DNA of 64,000 bases from Phoronis australis (taxonomy: Eukaryota; Animalia; Phoronida), in assembly GCA_002633005.1 (NCBI GenBank), contig NMRA01000599.1:124001-188000 (forward strand). Direction: 5' to 3'. Shown here piece by piece: positions 53,263 to 64,000 of this stretch (its first letter is position 1; each line of letters starts with the position of its first letter). The notes below the pieces were generated by a model, which saw nothing but the letters and a program-made list of their open reading frames with translations, searched no databases and was not told the DNA's origin. The position numbers and the translations under genes are program-made.

Positions 53263-55287
53263 CACGTCTTATTGGTCAAACAGAAATGGAGTGGTACTTG
53301 ACATGATTGGGAATTACTTTTCGAATCAACTCTGACGCGCCTAATTATATTTCTGTGAGTCCAAATGACTCGCCAGAAGTGTCTAAACGCGTTCCATACT
53401 ACGCTATTTGTATGTGGATTGGCCAGCGCTTTCACCACCAAAATGTCGTCGTAATCCGATTCGTCCTGTACGACTAGTCAGAGTGTGTATGACGACCTCA
53501 TACGAGCTAAGGCATGAACTTTGACCTTTCGGCGGCCATTTCTAGTGAATCGGTCACTGTTTCCTTTTCTTGGACGACAGGAAAGAAGAACAATTTCCAA
53601 TAATCACGAAAAACAGCAATGGGTTTTGCCTTTTTATGACTTTTGTCAAAGGTGAATAATTTCAGGCAGTCCTAACTAATTAAGGATTGTTTTGTTCTGA
53701 AAATTCCATCTCTTTAACAACCGCCTTTTGGGGAAATTTGAAACTACACACACTTGCCGAAATTCTTACATTAAATGGTCAGATAGTTTCAGACCTTTGT
53801 TTCGTTTGCCTCGAGTAAATATATGCATGTTGATAGGTTTCATAACGTCGATTACAAAAACATGATTTATTTCGCTAACACAATCTAGCTGAACTTTCAT
53901 CCACCACGAATGTCTCCGGACGAAATAAATGATGAATGCGCATTTGAGTTGACATGTACAGATCTAATGGCGTGTTTATTTTTAATTCCTACATTGGTGA
54001 TCGTATGTAGATGTCATAACTTCGGAACTCGTTCATCTACGGATATGACTTAGGTAATCAATACACGCTACTTATGAACGCGATCGAATGTCCGCTCACG
54101 CTAATAGCCGATTAAACGGGAACACGCGGGAGTAAATCTTTAAAAAGTGGAAGCATCATATTAGTTTTCGATGTTAATTGCAAAGATTTGTTCCACTGCA
54201 AAACTTTCGTTACAAAAATGAGTGCTCAAGCTCACATATTTGTGGTAAGTGTGGTATTTTTGCTTTCATCCATCATTTTGTATCCGAGAGGGTTGCATGT
54301 GCGTCACTGCACCGTCTTATTACCAAGAACTCGATCGCGGCTATTAACACCAGGGCGAACACTTCGTCTTTCAGAAATGAATGGTCACGTTCACGAGTTT
54401 GTTGGACAAATTGTATTTTCCCGTCCATATACTTAGTATCTAGGAGAGTTGTCTAAATAGCAAGATCGCCAACTGTCTTATTGAGCTTGTTTTGTATGAA
54501 AGAAGAGCACTACCACTTCCAGTCTTAACATGTTATTAAAATAAGAAAATTGCTATCTCGTGAAAATATTGTGTTTGAAGGAGTCAGATGCAAATTCAAA
54601 AGAATTTTATCACCTACCTTACAATTAAGGATATTTGGTACCCTCCCGACATTTAAATTCTAGATTCGATAATATCTTGACAAGCTTTCCCTCAAAACGA
54701 TCTTTTTATTACATGTTGCTATGCGTTAGATTGAATTGCGTACGTCAAAGGCAACAAAAAACATTTTGGGGGAAGTCTGGTCAAGAAATTATATCGCATA
54801 CAACATTTAAGTGTTGGGAGGGTAGACAATATCGATGATAGTGATATTTAATTTGCCCCCATCTCTTCCAGATGCAAAGTGTTTTGTTATTGTATAGTGT
54901 TTCATGGTCTAAATTACGATTCATTAATTGTGTCGGTGGACTGCAATATTGTACCCGACATTGACAAATTATATATTCAAGTTAAATGAATTTACTGTAA
55001 AACTGACAAATGTCGGATGGCTTGTAACAATAGATCGGTGTTAAATTTGGCCTTCGAAATGAATTTGGGCTAATTTGCGTCACGTTACTTGTTTTGTGAT
55101 ATTGATTTGTCGCCACGGGGTCACTGCAAGATTAAGAAACTTCTTATTTAGGCTGTTTCGTACTCTCGAATGGGGCTATTTGGAGAATTCTCCTCGCGGT
55201 GTCTCTGCTGTACTAGTGGTGATTGAATTGCGCATGCGTTGCTGTCTGCATGTAAACAGCTGGTAAAAAGACGGAATTGTTATCAAA

Positions 55288-56200
55288 ATACGTCGTCGCG
55301 CAAAGCCTTATTATTGCTATATTCCCTGGTGCAAGTCTTCGACAGGTGGTCCGAAATTCCCAAAAGACCTAATCTTACTACATTCGTGGAGAATTGCGGT
55401 CAACAGGGTCAACCAACTGACAAAAAGTCTGTGGATGCCGAAGCCCCGTGTGTGCTCTATGCATTTCCATTGGGAGACTACGTTACGTTAATTGGTAAGT
55501 TTTTAGCAATCAATTTCTATCGACATCGTTCGGTGATGTTATCTCCACCAGTAACCCCACTGAATAACGGGTTTATTGAGTGGAACTAAGTGTTTCTTTT
55601 CGGAAACTCACCCTGGACTCGGATGTCGGGTAGGCTAGCAGCACATATTCATAGTGTCCTGGGGGAGTGGGCCCAATATAAGAGGTGTATGGTAAGTGAC
55701 GCTCAGAAGTCAAGGGTGACTTTTTCACAGCAGTTTCTCTTCAAAACTATGCTATGTCCAATAAAATTTTCTAGATGAGTGAGTTTCCTAATTTTATAGA
55801 AGACCCCACCTCCAGGACTACCGGATTAGTTACTGAATTAACATGAATAAGCTATTCAATAAATGTCCCAACATTGCTTGGAATAAAAATTGACACCTAG
55901 AATTAATTTTACTTGTTGAGATCAGAAGCACATTTTTGGTGTCATGAAAAATACACATTGTTAAATCACTAGTAGCCAGTTTCACATATTTTAATTCAGA
56001 TCTTAAATAAGACTTGGGTACAAAGATTATTAGTTTCTACATACAAACATGAAGATGAAACGTCAAGTATATTCTGCCTTATAAAAGTAGTTTTGTCTTG
56101 TGTTTTCTTTTATAATTTGCTAATGTTTCTCTTACTGTTCTGTTACAGGTGAGAGAAAACGACTGAAACCAGCCGCCTGACCATTCTATTTTACTTTTGG
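55288..56200 (+). pseudogene. Spliced THAP-domain pseudogene (transposase N-terminus), exons about 55288-55494 and 56149 onward
   Basis: (ATA)RRRAKPYYCYIPWCKSS..PKFPKDLILLHSWRIAVNR...WMPKPRVCSMHF/GDYVTLI, donor G|GTAAGT at 55495, acceptor ttacag at 56148, then GERKRLKPAA*P(SIF) corresponding to the THAP AVPTIF box. Confidence 0.85.
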
Positions 56201-56932
56201 ATAAAGTGAAAAGCAACCCTTCAGCAATAACCTGAGAGAATTGAACTTAATCCAGCACTTGATATGTCTGATTATGGACTCCGTTGCACTGGGAAATTAC
56301 AATTGTGTTTAACAATTTTGTTTCTTTGTATGTATGTGCTGTTCAGTTTGCCATTTTGTTTTTAAATACACTGATAATTGTTTATTCTCGAATTTTGTGC
56401 ATAGCAGATTCTTATCCAGCTACCTAAAATTGAAAACATACTTTTCCTGCATGTGGAACTTTTGTGTATAAACCAGTTAACACAAATTTAAACTTAAAAT
56501 TGTTCAAAGGCCCTCAAATAATTACACACACAAACAAATCAAATGCAAACAAAGGGAATACTTCATTTTGATCGCTGCACATTTGTATAGGTCAACAGGA
56601 AAATGACAATTCGCAAGCGTATTCGATAATCATTTCAGCTTTATAAAGAATAAGTACAACTGCACAGTAGAAAACTGAAGAGATATTGTGGTTTCAATAA
56701 TTAGTGACAAACTTGCCTGTTGATGAAAAATTTATTCGATCATCAAAGCGTAACAATAAGCCAATCGATGCAGTCACTGAATGTGATTTCCCCATAATGT
56801 GTATCAAATTGAAAAGTTTTTGCCATTAGTGTAAAGCCTTTCTTCTGAAAGGAAAAATTAATGTCAGTCAGTGAGAAAGGACAGGTATTTATACCAGATC
56901 TTTTTGGTTTTCATTTCACTGGGATCTAGTTT

Positions 56933-59830
56933 CAATGGCCTATAGATGCGCTTGTAAAAAAAATTCAGTTTCGGCTCGTGGCTTTCCTTTACGTAACCTC
57001 ATTCAGCCTCAATAACATCCACAATTAGATCCTTGAAGGTACAAATAACAGCATATCACTTGACTCGTTTTGTGCCCAAAATCAGACCCTGAACTAGGCC
57101 AGAGTGTCACTACGTCTTCTTTAGCTTCAGTCCCTAATGTTTCTTCCATTTAAAGAAGTAAGCTATTGTCTACACATGACTCATTGCCTATGAAAGGGCA
57201 TCCTCACCAACGAGGCTGACTTGTGTAGCAGTCAGATGCAGTTCCTCTTCATATGGTAACTTAGTACTGCGATTCACATTTCTCCAGGGTCACTGACTTA
57301 TACACTGTGCCATGCAGCACTGTTGATGTGTGGAAATGCTGTTGGAATAAAAATGAGTAACAAAGCTTGTCTATGTTGCCGCTTGAAGTGGCCTTAAAAT
57401 GTCACTGAGCCTGGAACAAATATTGAAATATGAATAATTAAGTACTCCAGGTTGGGTAAAAATGCTACCCCTGTTTTTCAAAGATAGATGGTGACTGCTC
57501 TACAATTTCACACATAGTTAAATAATTACTATATTCAGAAAGCAAGGGTGTATATAATAAGTGTTGTATAAAACTGCGTCTTTATTTTTCATTCGTAGCC
57601 ATAACAATTCTTTAAACGAATCACTTGTCTGCAAAATATGCAAGCTTTTGACACAACTTCAAACCTTTGTGACCCATTTTCAAGCATTTTCATTTTTGAT
57701 ACTTTCAGCAATTTTAAACTCCGATTACAGATTCATGGGTCTGTCAAGCATACGTCTAGTCTAAGGCTGAGGAACCGTTTCTCAAACTTTTTATTTTTCT
57801 TCTAATAACAGATATGAAGACTTGGATCATTTAAAAATGATGGATAATCTTTCTGTTGTTTAAGAGTAATTACAAATCGTAAGGCACCATCACAAATGCA
57901 ATTTTCACAAAAATGGCAGTCATTTGAATTTATAAACCACATGAGTTAAGACTATTCAGTACTGAGAATTCAGAAAATGTAATATATTTTGATGGGTTTA
58001 CATTTGAAAGCAAAATATAGTTTCATGAATAAAAACTTGAAGGAACTTCATGAAGGTTAAGAATTAGCGCACCATGCTCTTTCCCCCGGACATGTATTAC
58101 CTGTAATTTCCACACATTCAGTTGCACCACATTTTACAACCCCCAACCCTCTATGCCAATCCCCCGCTAAGGATCTGAACAAGTAAATTAACAAAACAAC
58201 TTACATACCTTTCTTTAAAAATAGCTGTTCCTTTTCAAACGCTCTGTTCGTTGTCTCCGATACAGAAAGCGGGCTTTGACAACAGATCTGCACTGGATGG
58301 GAAGATCTTGCTGGTAGTTGCAGTCAAATGTTTAAAACCAATTGTTGTCCATTCAGGGATGGTGCAGAAGCGATGCATATCTCCTCTGCACGGTACAATC
58401 CCTCAAACCTAAAAACCAAAGGTCACGTGAAAACAGACATGATAGATTTCCATTTCAACGTGTAATAGATTTCCGTAAGACATATGATAGGGAGTAAACA
58501 AATAGTCTATAATGCAATGGATATTTGTCACGTACCCTTGCCATTGGGCTTGGATTGTAATCTTAACTCACTAAACAATATCGAGTTGACAGCATAGATA
58601 TTCAACATTGATTGATGTAATTGTCACGGATGAACCTGTTAGAAATCATTCCAAACAATAATACTGCTTTGATGTACGAAAAGATCAAGTCAAGTATCGT
58701 AACATATATCACAACTGCACAAGAAAAAAAGATAGGGGAATGCAACCTTTTTTCATGTCAATTTGAGCAAAAATAAGGTTCATTGATTATCCCAGACATA
58801 TTTTTCACTTCATTACAGCTTTTCGCAATTTAATTAATTATTCGTCCTCTACTCCGGAAGTGACGTTTTTGGAGGCAAGAATTTCGCGCCAATTTCTTTT
58901 CATATAGTTTGACTGTGAGAGCTGTCGAGTCAGTCATTGTTCTAACTCGGTTGTGATAAGTTTGGTAGTTGTTTGCTTTTGTTTACGAGTCAGTCAACAT
59001 GCCACACTGTTGCTGCCTACCGGGATGTCTTCATTATCGCCCAAGAGCCTGTAAGCAGCCCTGCTGCGGTGTTAAGTACTGGGAGTGAATACAGGCCCAG
59101 TTAGACACCGAGTAAAGAAGACAGTACGTCGTCTAACGAACAGATCGGTGAACCAAACTTTGATAAGTTTATTGTGGACTTGTCTAAAGTATTGCAGCTA
59201 TTTAGAAGGTGCCAGGTGTGTGGCGAGGGAGTTACATGGCGGGATGTAAGCAGTTTGTGTGCTCAGGTCACCATCCATTGGGAGTGTGTCGCGGGACACT
59301 CGGGCAAGTGGAACAGTTTGTCCTCTGTCCGTGAGACGATAATGAATACATCCCGGTACGCAGCAACATTGTAGCATGTTGACTGACTCGTAAGCAAAGC
59401 AAACGACGACCGAACTTATCACAACCGAAGTAGAGCAATGACTGACTCGGCAGCTCTCACAACTCGGTCTATATGAAAAGAAATTGGCGCGAAATTTTTG
59501 CCTCCCAAAACGTCACTTCCTGAGTAGAGGATAAGGAATTGTTTAAATTACAAAAAGCCGTAAATAACTGGAAAATATGTCTGGGATAATCAACGAATCT
59601 TATTTTTGCTAAAAATGAAATGAAAATAGGTTGCCTTCGCCTTTAACGCAACTGGCGACTGCCGCGAAGTCGACATCGGCGAGTATTTCAGTTAACAAGC
59701 ATCAGTAGAATAAACATGGAATAATCGTTAAAATAATCACAAACCTTACCTTTTTATAAGGTCGTGATTACTTCCTCTCATAGAAGCACCCTTTTCACGT
59801 AATCTGAGATTCAGTAAACACGGCTGCAAG
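56933..59830 (-). pseudogene. Spliced SAP-domain plus YqaJ/lambda-exonuclease pseudogene; exons about 59830-59750, 58408-58209, 57410-56933
   Basis: LRLREKGASMRGSNHDLIK|RFE (SAP-like, in-frame splice); TVLHGTVYKSVTLEKCE; LKLKKT..HSGLVQG...VICTFKDLIV..IE...PKLNFFYKRIYRPL matches the YqaJ C-terminus; GT-AG sites on the minus strand. Confidence 0.8.
58734..59642 (+). mobile_element. Kolobok-derived MITE (909 bp): two inverted copies of the element 5' end flanking a transposase zinc-finger fragment; nested in an intron of the YqaJ pseudogene
   Basis: Arms of about 310 bp, AGG(G)GAA(T)GCAACC...GGTTGCCTTCGCCT|TTAA. Each arm ends in a THAP start codon (58999 on +, 59377 on -). Core KFIVDLSKVLQLFRRCQVC..CAQVTIHWECVAGHSGKWNS matches the Kolobok H2CH motif. 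Confidence 0.85.
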
Positions 59831-62800
59831 CCCTTTCACAATGTAATTAAAGAGCTCGCAAAATCGAGTCTGCTTATCTATCACCACCAGCACACGTGCG
59901 CCCTCTAGTTAATGTAAATTTTCCGAATAGCCCCATTGTTATGCCATTTAGCAACGCAACCATTTCTCTTTTGAAGCAGAATTTATTAGTAGAATTAGTT
60001 ATAAGACACTTACAACTGCCAATAGGTGCAAGCTTTTGGCGCATTTAGCATGGTCGCGTTTATAAATAAGCCAAGTGTTAATGACGAATATTACTGAGCA
60101 GCCCTCGCTTGCCATTTAAGTTTAAATTCAGCGTTCAACCTGTGTAGTTATGATTTAATTTATGGAGATGCGATGTCTTAATGTTATCTCATTATCTTGT
60201 TCATAGTTCTCTTTGGAAGACCAAGGGTGAGTAAAAACTGTAGACCATTTGTTACAAGTCTTGTCACATTGCGAATGCCGGGGATACTTGATGATATTTT
60301 TGCAGAGTGTCCCGCTGGGAAATTTTAGAGTGTCAACACAATGACATCTAACCCTCGAAATTGAAAGGAGTCCATTTGTTGGGAGCTTCCGTGAACAAGA
60401 GCGACGTAAAGCGTTGTTATGCACGATGCATTGCAAACGATATGTCCCTTGGTGTGCTTATCAGCGTCGCGTAAGGCAACTTGAAGAACTTGACCACAAT
60501 GGTTATCCCCAATAGTCATGATTGACAAAATTGTTGGTACACTACTTTTCAAACTAACGTCAAATCAACAAGCGAACAACTCTGAATTACATTAACGTCA
60601 GTGCAGTTACCGAAGTCGTTGAATGAATGCCAACCTTGAGCAAAAGCCAAAATTAACTGTGCATTACAGTTTCAAACTTACTTGTTCGAAAGTCAATAGC
60701 ACACTCGTTAATAAGCTTTCATGAGATCGACCATTTCTGCGCAATAGTGCTCTTTGAATAAGCGCATTTTAATGCGCAGACAGCACCGTCCTTAAATGCT
60801 GAGTCGGACCCTTGCCTGTCTGAGGCTTTGACTCAGTTGTCCACTGAGCCATCGGGACCACTGGCCGATCGATCATAGAAATCGGGTCAAAATAAGCACT
60901 GAACTTAATTGTGGGTATGGTTAGCTTGAGGTCCCAGATTGGAGACCGGTAGGGACAGAAATCTTCAGGCTTATGTTCATTAGGTCACGTGATGTGGCCA
61001 ACAGGTGACGTGCAGACCATGAAACTAAAATTGTTTGTAAACAAGCGACTTTTGTATACGACAATCGCACAATCTAAACAATGTTCCCGATGTCGAATAC
61101 GAGTAAAATCGCTCGTGTTCTATTTCTGAAAAACATTTGTACAACGTTTTATCTCGAAAACTCCGATTAGCCTCATGCGACAAATCGAAGTGTGTTGACT
61201 ACTAATAATATAGGTGCCTCCAGACTCGGTCATGCGCAAATAACAGAACTCCAAGTGGCGGAACACCAGAAAAGGGAGTTTTTGACAAAGAGCTTTACAC
61301 ACTATTCATTGTATGAATTTTTCAAAGCAAGCTATAAACACCCCCGTTAAGCATGGAATTTTTACATTTATTTTGTCTTCAAAATCATTACACGAACGAG
61401 ACGCAATATATTTCATACACATGGGGAATCCAAACTTTCTTTTGATTCCCGCCAACGCTTAGCTTCATCAATGTATACATCGATTTACTTAGCGCAGACT
61501 TCCTGTGTTTCAAGAATTTGCATAATGGGAGCTTATCTGGGCGATGTTGAGCAAGCCGTTGACGTACTTACCGTATACACTACATTTTGACTTATTTAAT
61601 TGGGTCACGCTAACGATGATTGTTTGCTCCTCTGTTTGCAAACAAAAGAATTTGGTACTTTCACTCATTTGCTTTTTCCAAGGGTTCACAAAGTCAAAGA
61701 ATTTGTCTCAGATATTGTCTACTTCGAATAAGTATGAATGTCATACATATTGGATACTTTCATTGCATTTCACAGAGTAGAAAGTGAAGATACTCGAAAC
61801 AAAACGTGCAGTGCATGGGAGACGAAATTTGAAAAAGTGCAGTTTTACCTAAATTTGACATACGCGAATTTTGTTGAACCCCCTACCTCCTTTCTAACCC
61901 AAATAAATTCCAAATACAAAGGTTAGTAAAAGATGCTTATTTGACTAAATTCATTCATTGATTTCGCGTTTGTTCGATGTTTCTGTAGCGCAGACATCTG
62001 TCATTGTAATTAACAGTCAATCTTTGAAAAAGCATTTCCTTGTTGTGTACCGCAATAAAACGGTTATTGCACATATTCCTATGAAGCACGATGCACTTTT
62101 TCAGAAATGGGTTAGAATCGAATGCACTTGGGATTTTTGTCGTCGAGGAACAGCAGCAAATAATCGGAGGTGAGAATAACGCAATAAACCGCGACGGAAC
62201 ATAGAAACAACATTAACCCTTACCACAGTATTTCACGGCGCCCTTATATTGACCAACTCTGTAATCAGGGTTGCAAATCTTCCTGCCTTGTGGTCCGCAC
62301 GGGCGTCCTTGAACGGAGTTCTTTTCTCAAAAGAATTAAATAGCGGACTTTTCATATTGGCGCTCCGAGAGTAATGCGACTTCCGCTTGATCCCAACTCA
62401 TATTCGGTGGACAGAAGTTCTATTACTACATAGTGGTTCCCGCCATTAATTTAGAAAATAACAGAGGAATAAACCAGACTGTCAGCGCCTCTCATTGTTT
62501 GATTAGGTTAAATTTAACAATTTGTTTTTAGCCTTTTTAACGTCGGCTAGGATTGAAATTCTCAGTCGCAGTAGCGGATTCTTCTTCAGTATGAAATGCA
62601 TGAAACATGACGATGTTTTTCATCGAACGATATTTTAAGAGGCTTGCTTTTTTGTAAGCCATCAGTACACCACACCACGCAGCAGTGGGAATTTTTAGGA
62701 ACTATGATAGCAGGAAAGGTTTTTACAGAGGTTGAAACCTCCTGTCCGCATTACGTAGGATTTGTAGGTGGCGCTGAACGCCTGAACATCAAATACCCAT

Positions 62801-64000
62801 TCGGCGTCTGGCGGGATAGTGAAGATCAATTATTAGTAAGAACTGAGCCACTGTTTATAAGCAAAAAACTACTGTGCATCAGAAAAGATTGCGTCGACGA
62901 GAATGGACTGTGTTAATGAGAACGTACATGCAGACCGTGAGATAGAAAGATTGGCAGCCCTGTTGAAGACGGATTAAACGAATTGCTGGAGATGAGAAGT
63001 TGACGTCTCCCGCCAAAGAGAAAAACAAGTATCATCCACTCTTGGCCTGTATGAATCTCACTTTGCACATGCGAAATTTAATTTGGAACTGGTGCGTACC
63101 TTCATCTTTACAACTCCTCTTCTCTTTCATTGTTCATAAGGGGTAAACTAAAAGGACACATTACAATCGTTTAGTGCACCGCAAAATTAAAGCTTACGTT
63201 GACCAAATTCAGAGTTAGAAGAAAATTTTGCTGCTCCATATGACTCTAGGACTGCGTTTCGGAAACCTAAGGATTTTGCGAATAGAGCTAGTGTGATCCC
63301 GTGCTTCCGTTATAATACATGGTGACCTTGCGTTTTCTTGAGATAGCAGTACAGTAATACAAAGTGTTCTCATCCGCCATTTTGTAGCCAGCTCTTCATT
63401 CCCACTTTAGGTGTTATAAGAACGACTACGGACCGTGATGGAGGAACATCAAACATGTATGCGTTCCGTCATAAGATTGGCGACCAAGTTAATAGCATAG
63501 GAATGTACTACCAAGTCAATACTTTTATTGAAGCAGCGTCGTTTACTTGAGATCTGCTTTAAGACGGATCAAACGATCTCAACCGGGTCGCAGCCTAGCA
63601 CTTTTCTACTCGTAATGCTAAGTCCAAATGTCGCAGGCCGAGTACTCTCAAGCATCACTATTAGCACGAATTCGCAATTATGCTTGAAAACGAGGTGTTG
63701 TGTCCAAACTACAAATTGTTCTGTGTGTTTGTCACTTTCATATTAGCATTGCTAAAATTGATGCTAAAACGGGACATTTTGTTCTCAACAAAAATGCACA
63801 ACAGTCATTTCTTGCAGCGCCACCGAAAAAGTAATCAAGTAGTGATTTTTATCCGATAATGTCACCGGTCTGGAATTCAGTTAATTGTATTGAGTGGTGT
63901 ATGGAATCGTAGATTTTTTCCAACTTAGGGTCACGGCTTAGAAACGAAAGTCAACTTTAGTTAACTGCCAATGTCTTCTCTCTCTCCCCCTCCCCATCCC

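Larger units (their letters stand above)
55172..59934 (+). mobile_element. Full-length defective ISL2EU-type (PIF/Harbinger superfamily) DNA transposon with THAP-transposase remnant (+) and convergent SAP/YqaJ nuclease remnant (-)
   Basis: TIRs GGGGCTATT(T/C)GGA(G/A)AATT at both ends, flanked by an AT 2-bp TSD (55170-71 and 59935-36); two convergent spliced pseudogenes inside. Confidence 0.85.

Noticed and set aside
52701-59646. Apparent 6.9-kb composite Kolobok bounded by TTAA and ~560-bp inverted repeats
   Set aside because: The right repeat belongs to a self-contained MITE (58734-59642) nested in the ISL2EU element, whose right TIR (59934) lies outside the supposed composite. Two independent insertions explain it better.
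60155-60552. Overlapping minus-strand ORFs of 93 and 75 aa
   Set aside because: No recognisable domain or splice context; possibly decayed element sequence.
62644-63000. 90-aa ORF and adjacent coding-like sequence
   Set aside because: No ATG start at the ORF boundary, no family motif recognised and no convincing splice sites.

Overview
Eukaryotic genomic DNA, AT-rich and most consistent with an invertebrate animal. The one intact protein-coding gene is a 4-exon SLC6 Na+/Cl- neurotransmitter/amino-acid transporter on the + strand (11657-18810, 789 aa after splicing, GlyT2/ATB0,+-like scaffold). Its predicted substrate pocket is highly atypical: Glu at the TM6 position that is Phe/Trp in characterised relatives, Lys at the TM8 LeuT-I359 position, and Phe at the TM3 LeuT-V104 position. 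The rest of the window is largely transposon remains: a full-length defective ISL2EU (PIF/Harbinger)-type element with a spliced THAP gene and a convergent spliced SAP-YqaJ nuclease gene (55172-59934), several Kolobok-derived elements with THAP, H2CH and KolX remnants, a Crypton derivative, a Tc1 remnant, a Gypsy integrase remnant, two LINE 3' fragments and several MITEs/foldbacks. A 7.7/6.0-kb tandem duplication (37793-51511) and two smaller ones sit exactly at single-N scaffold joins and are probably uncollapsed haplotype overlaps. All family calls come from motif recognition by eye; no database searches were run.
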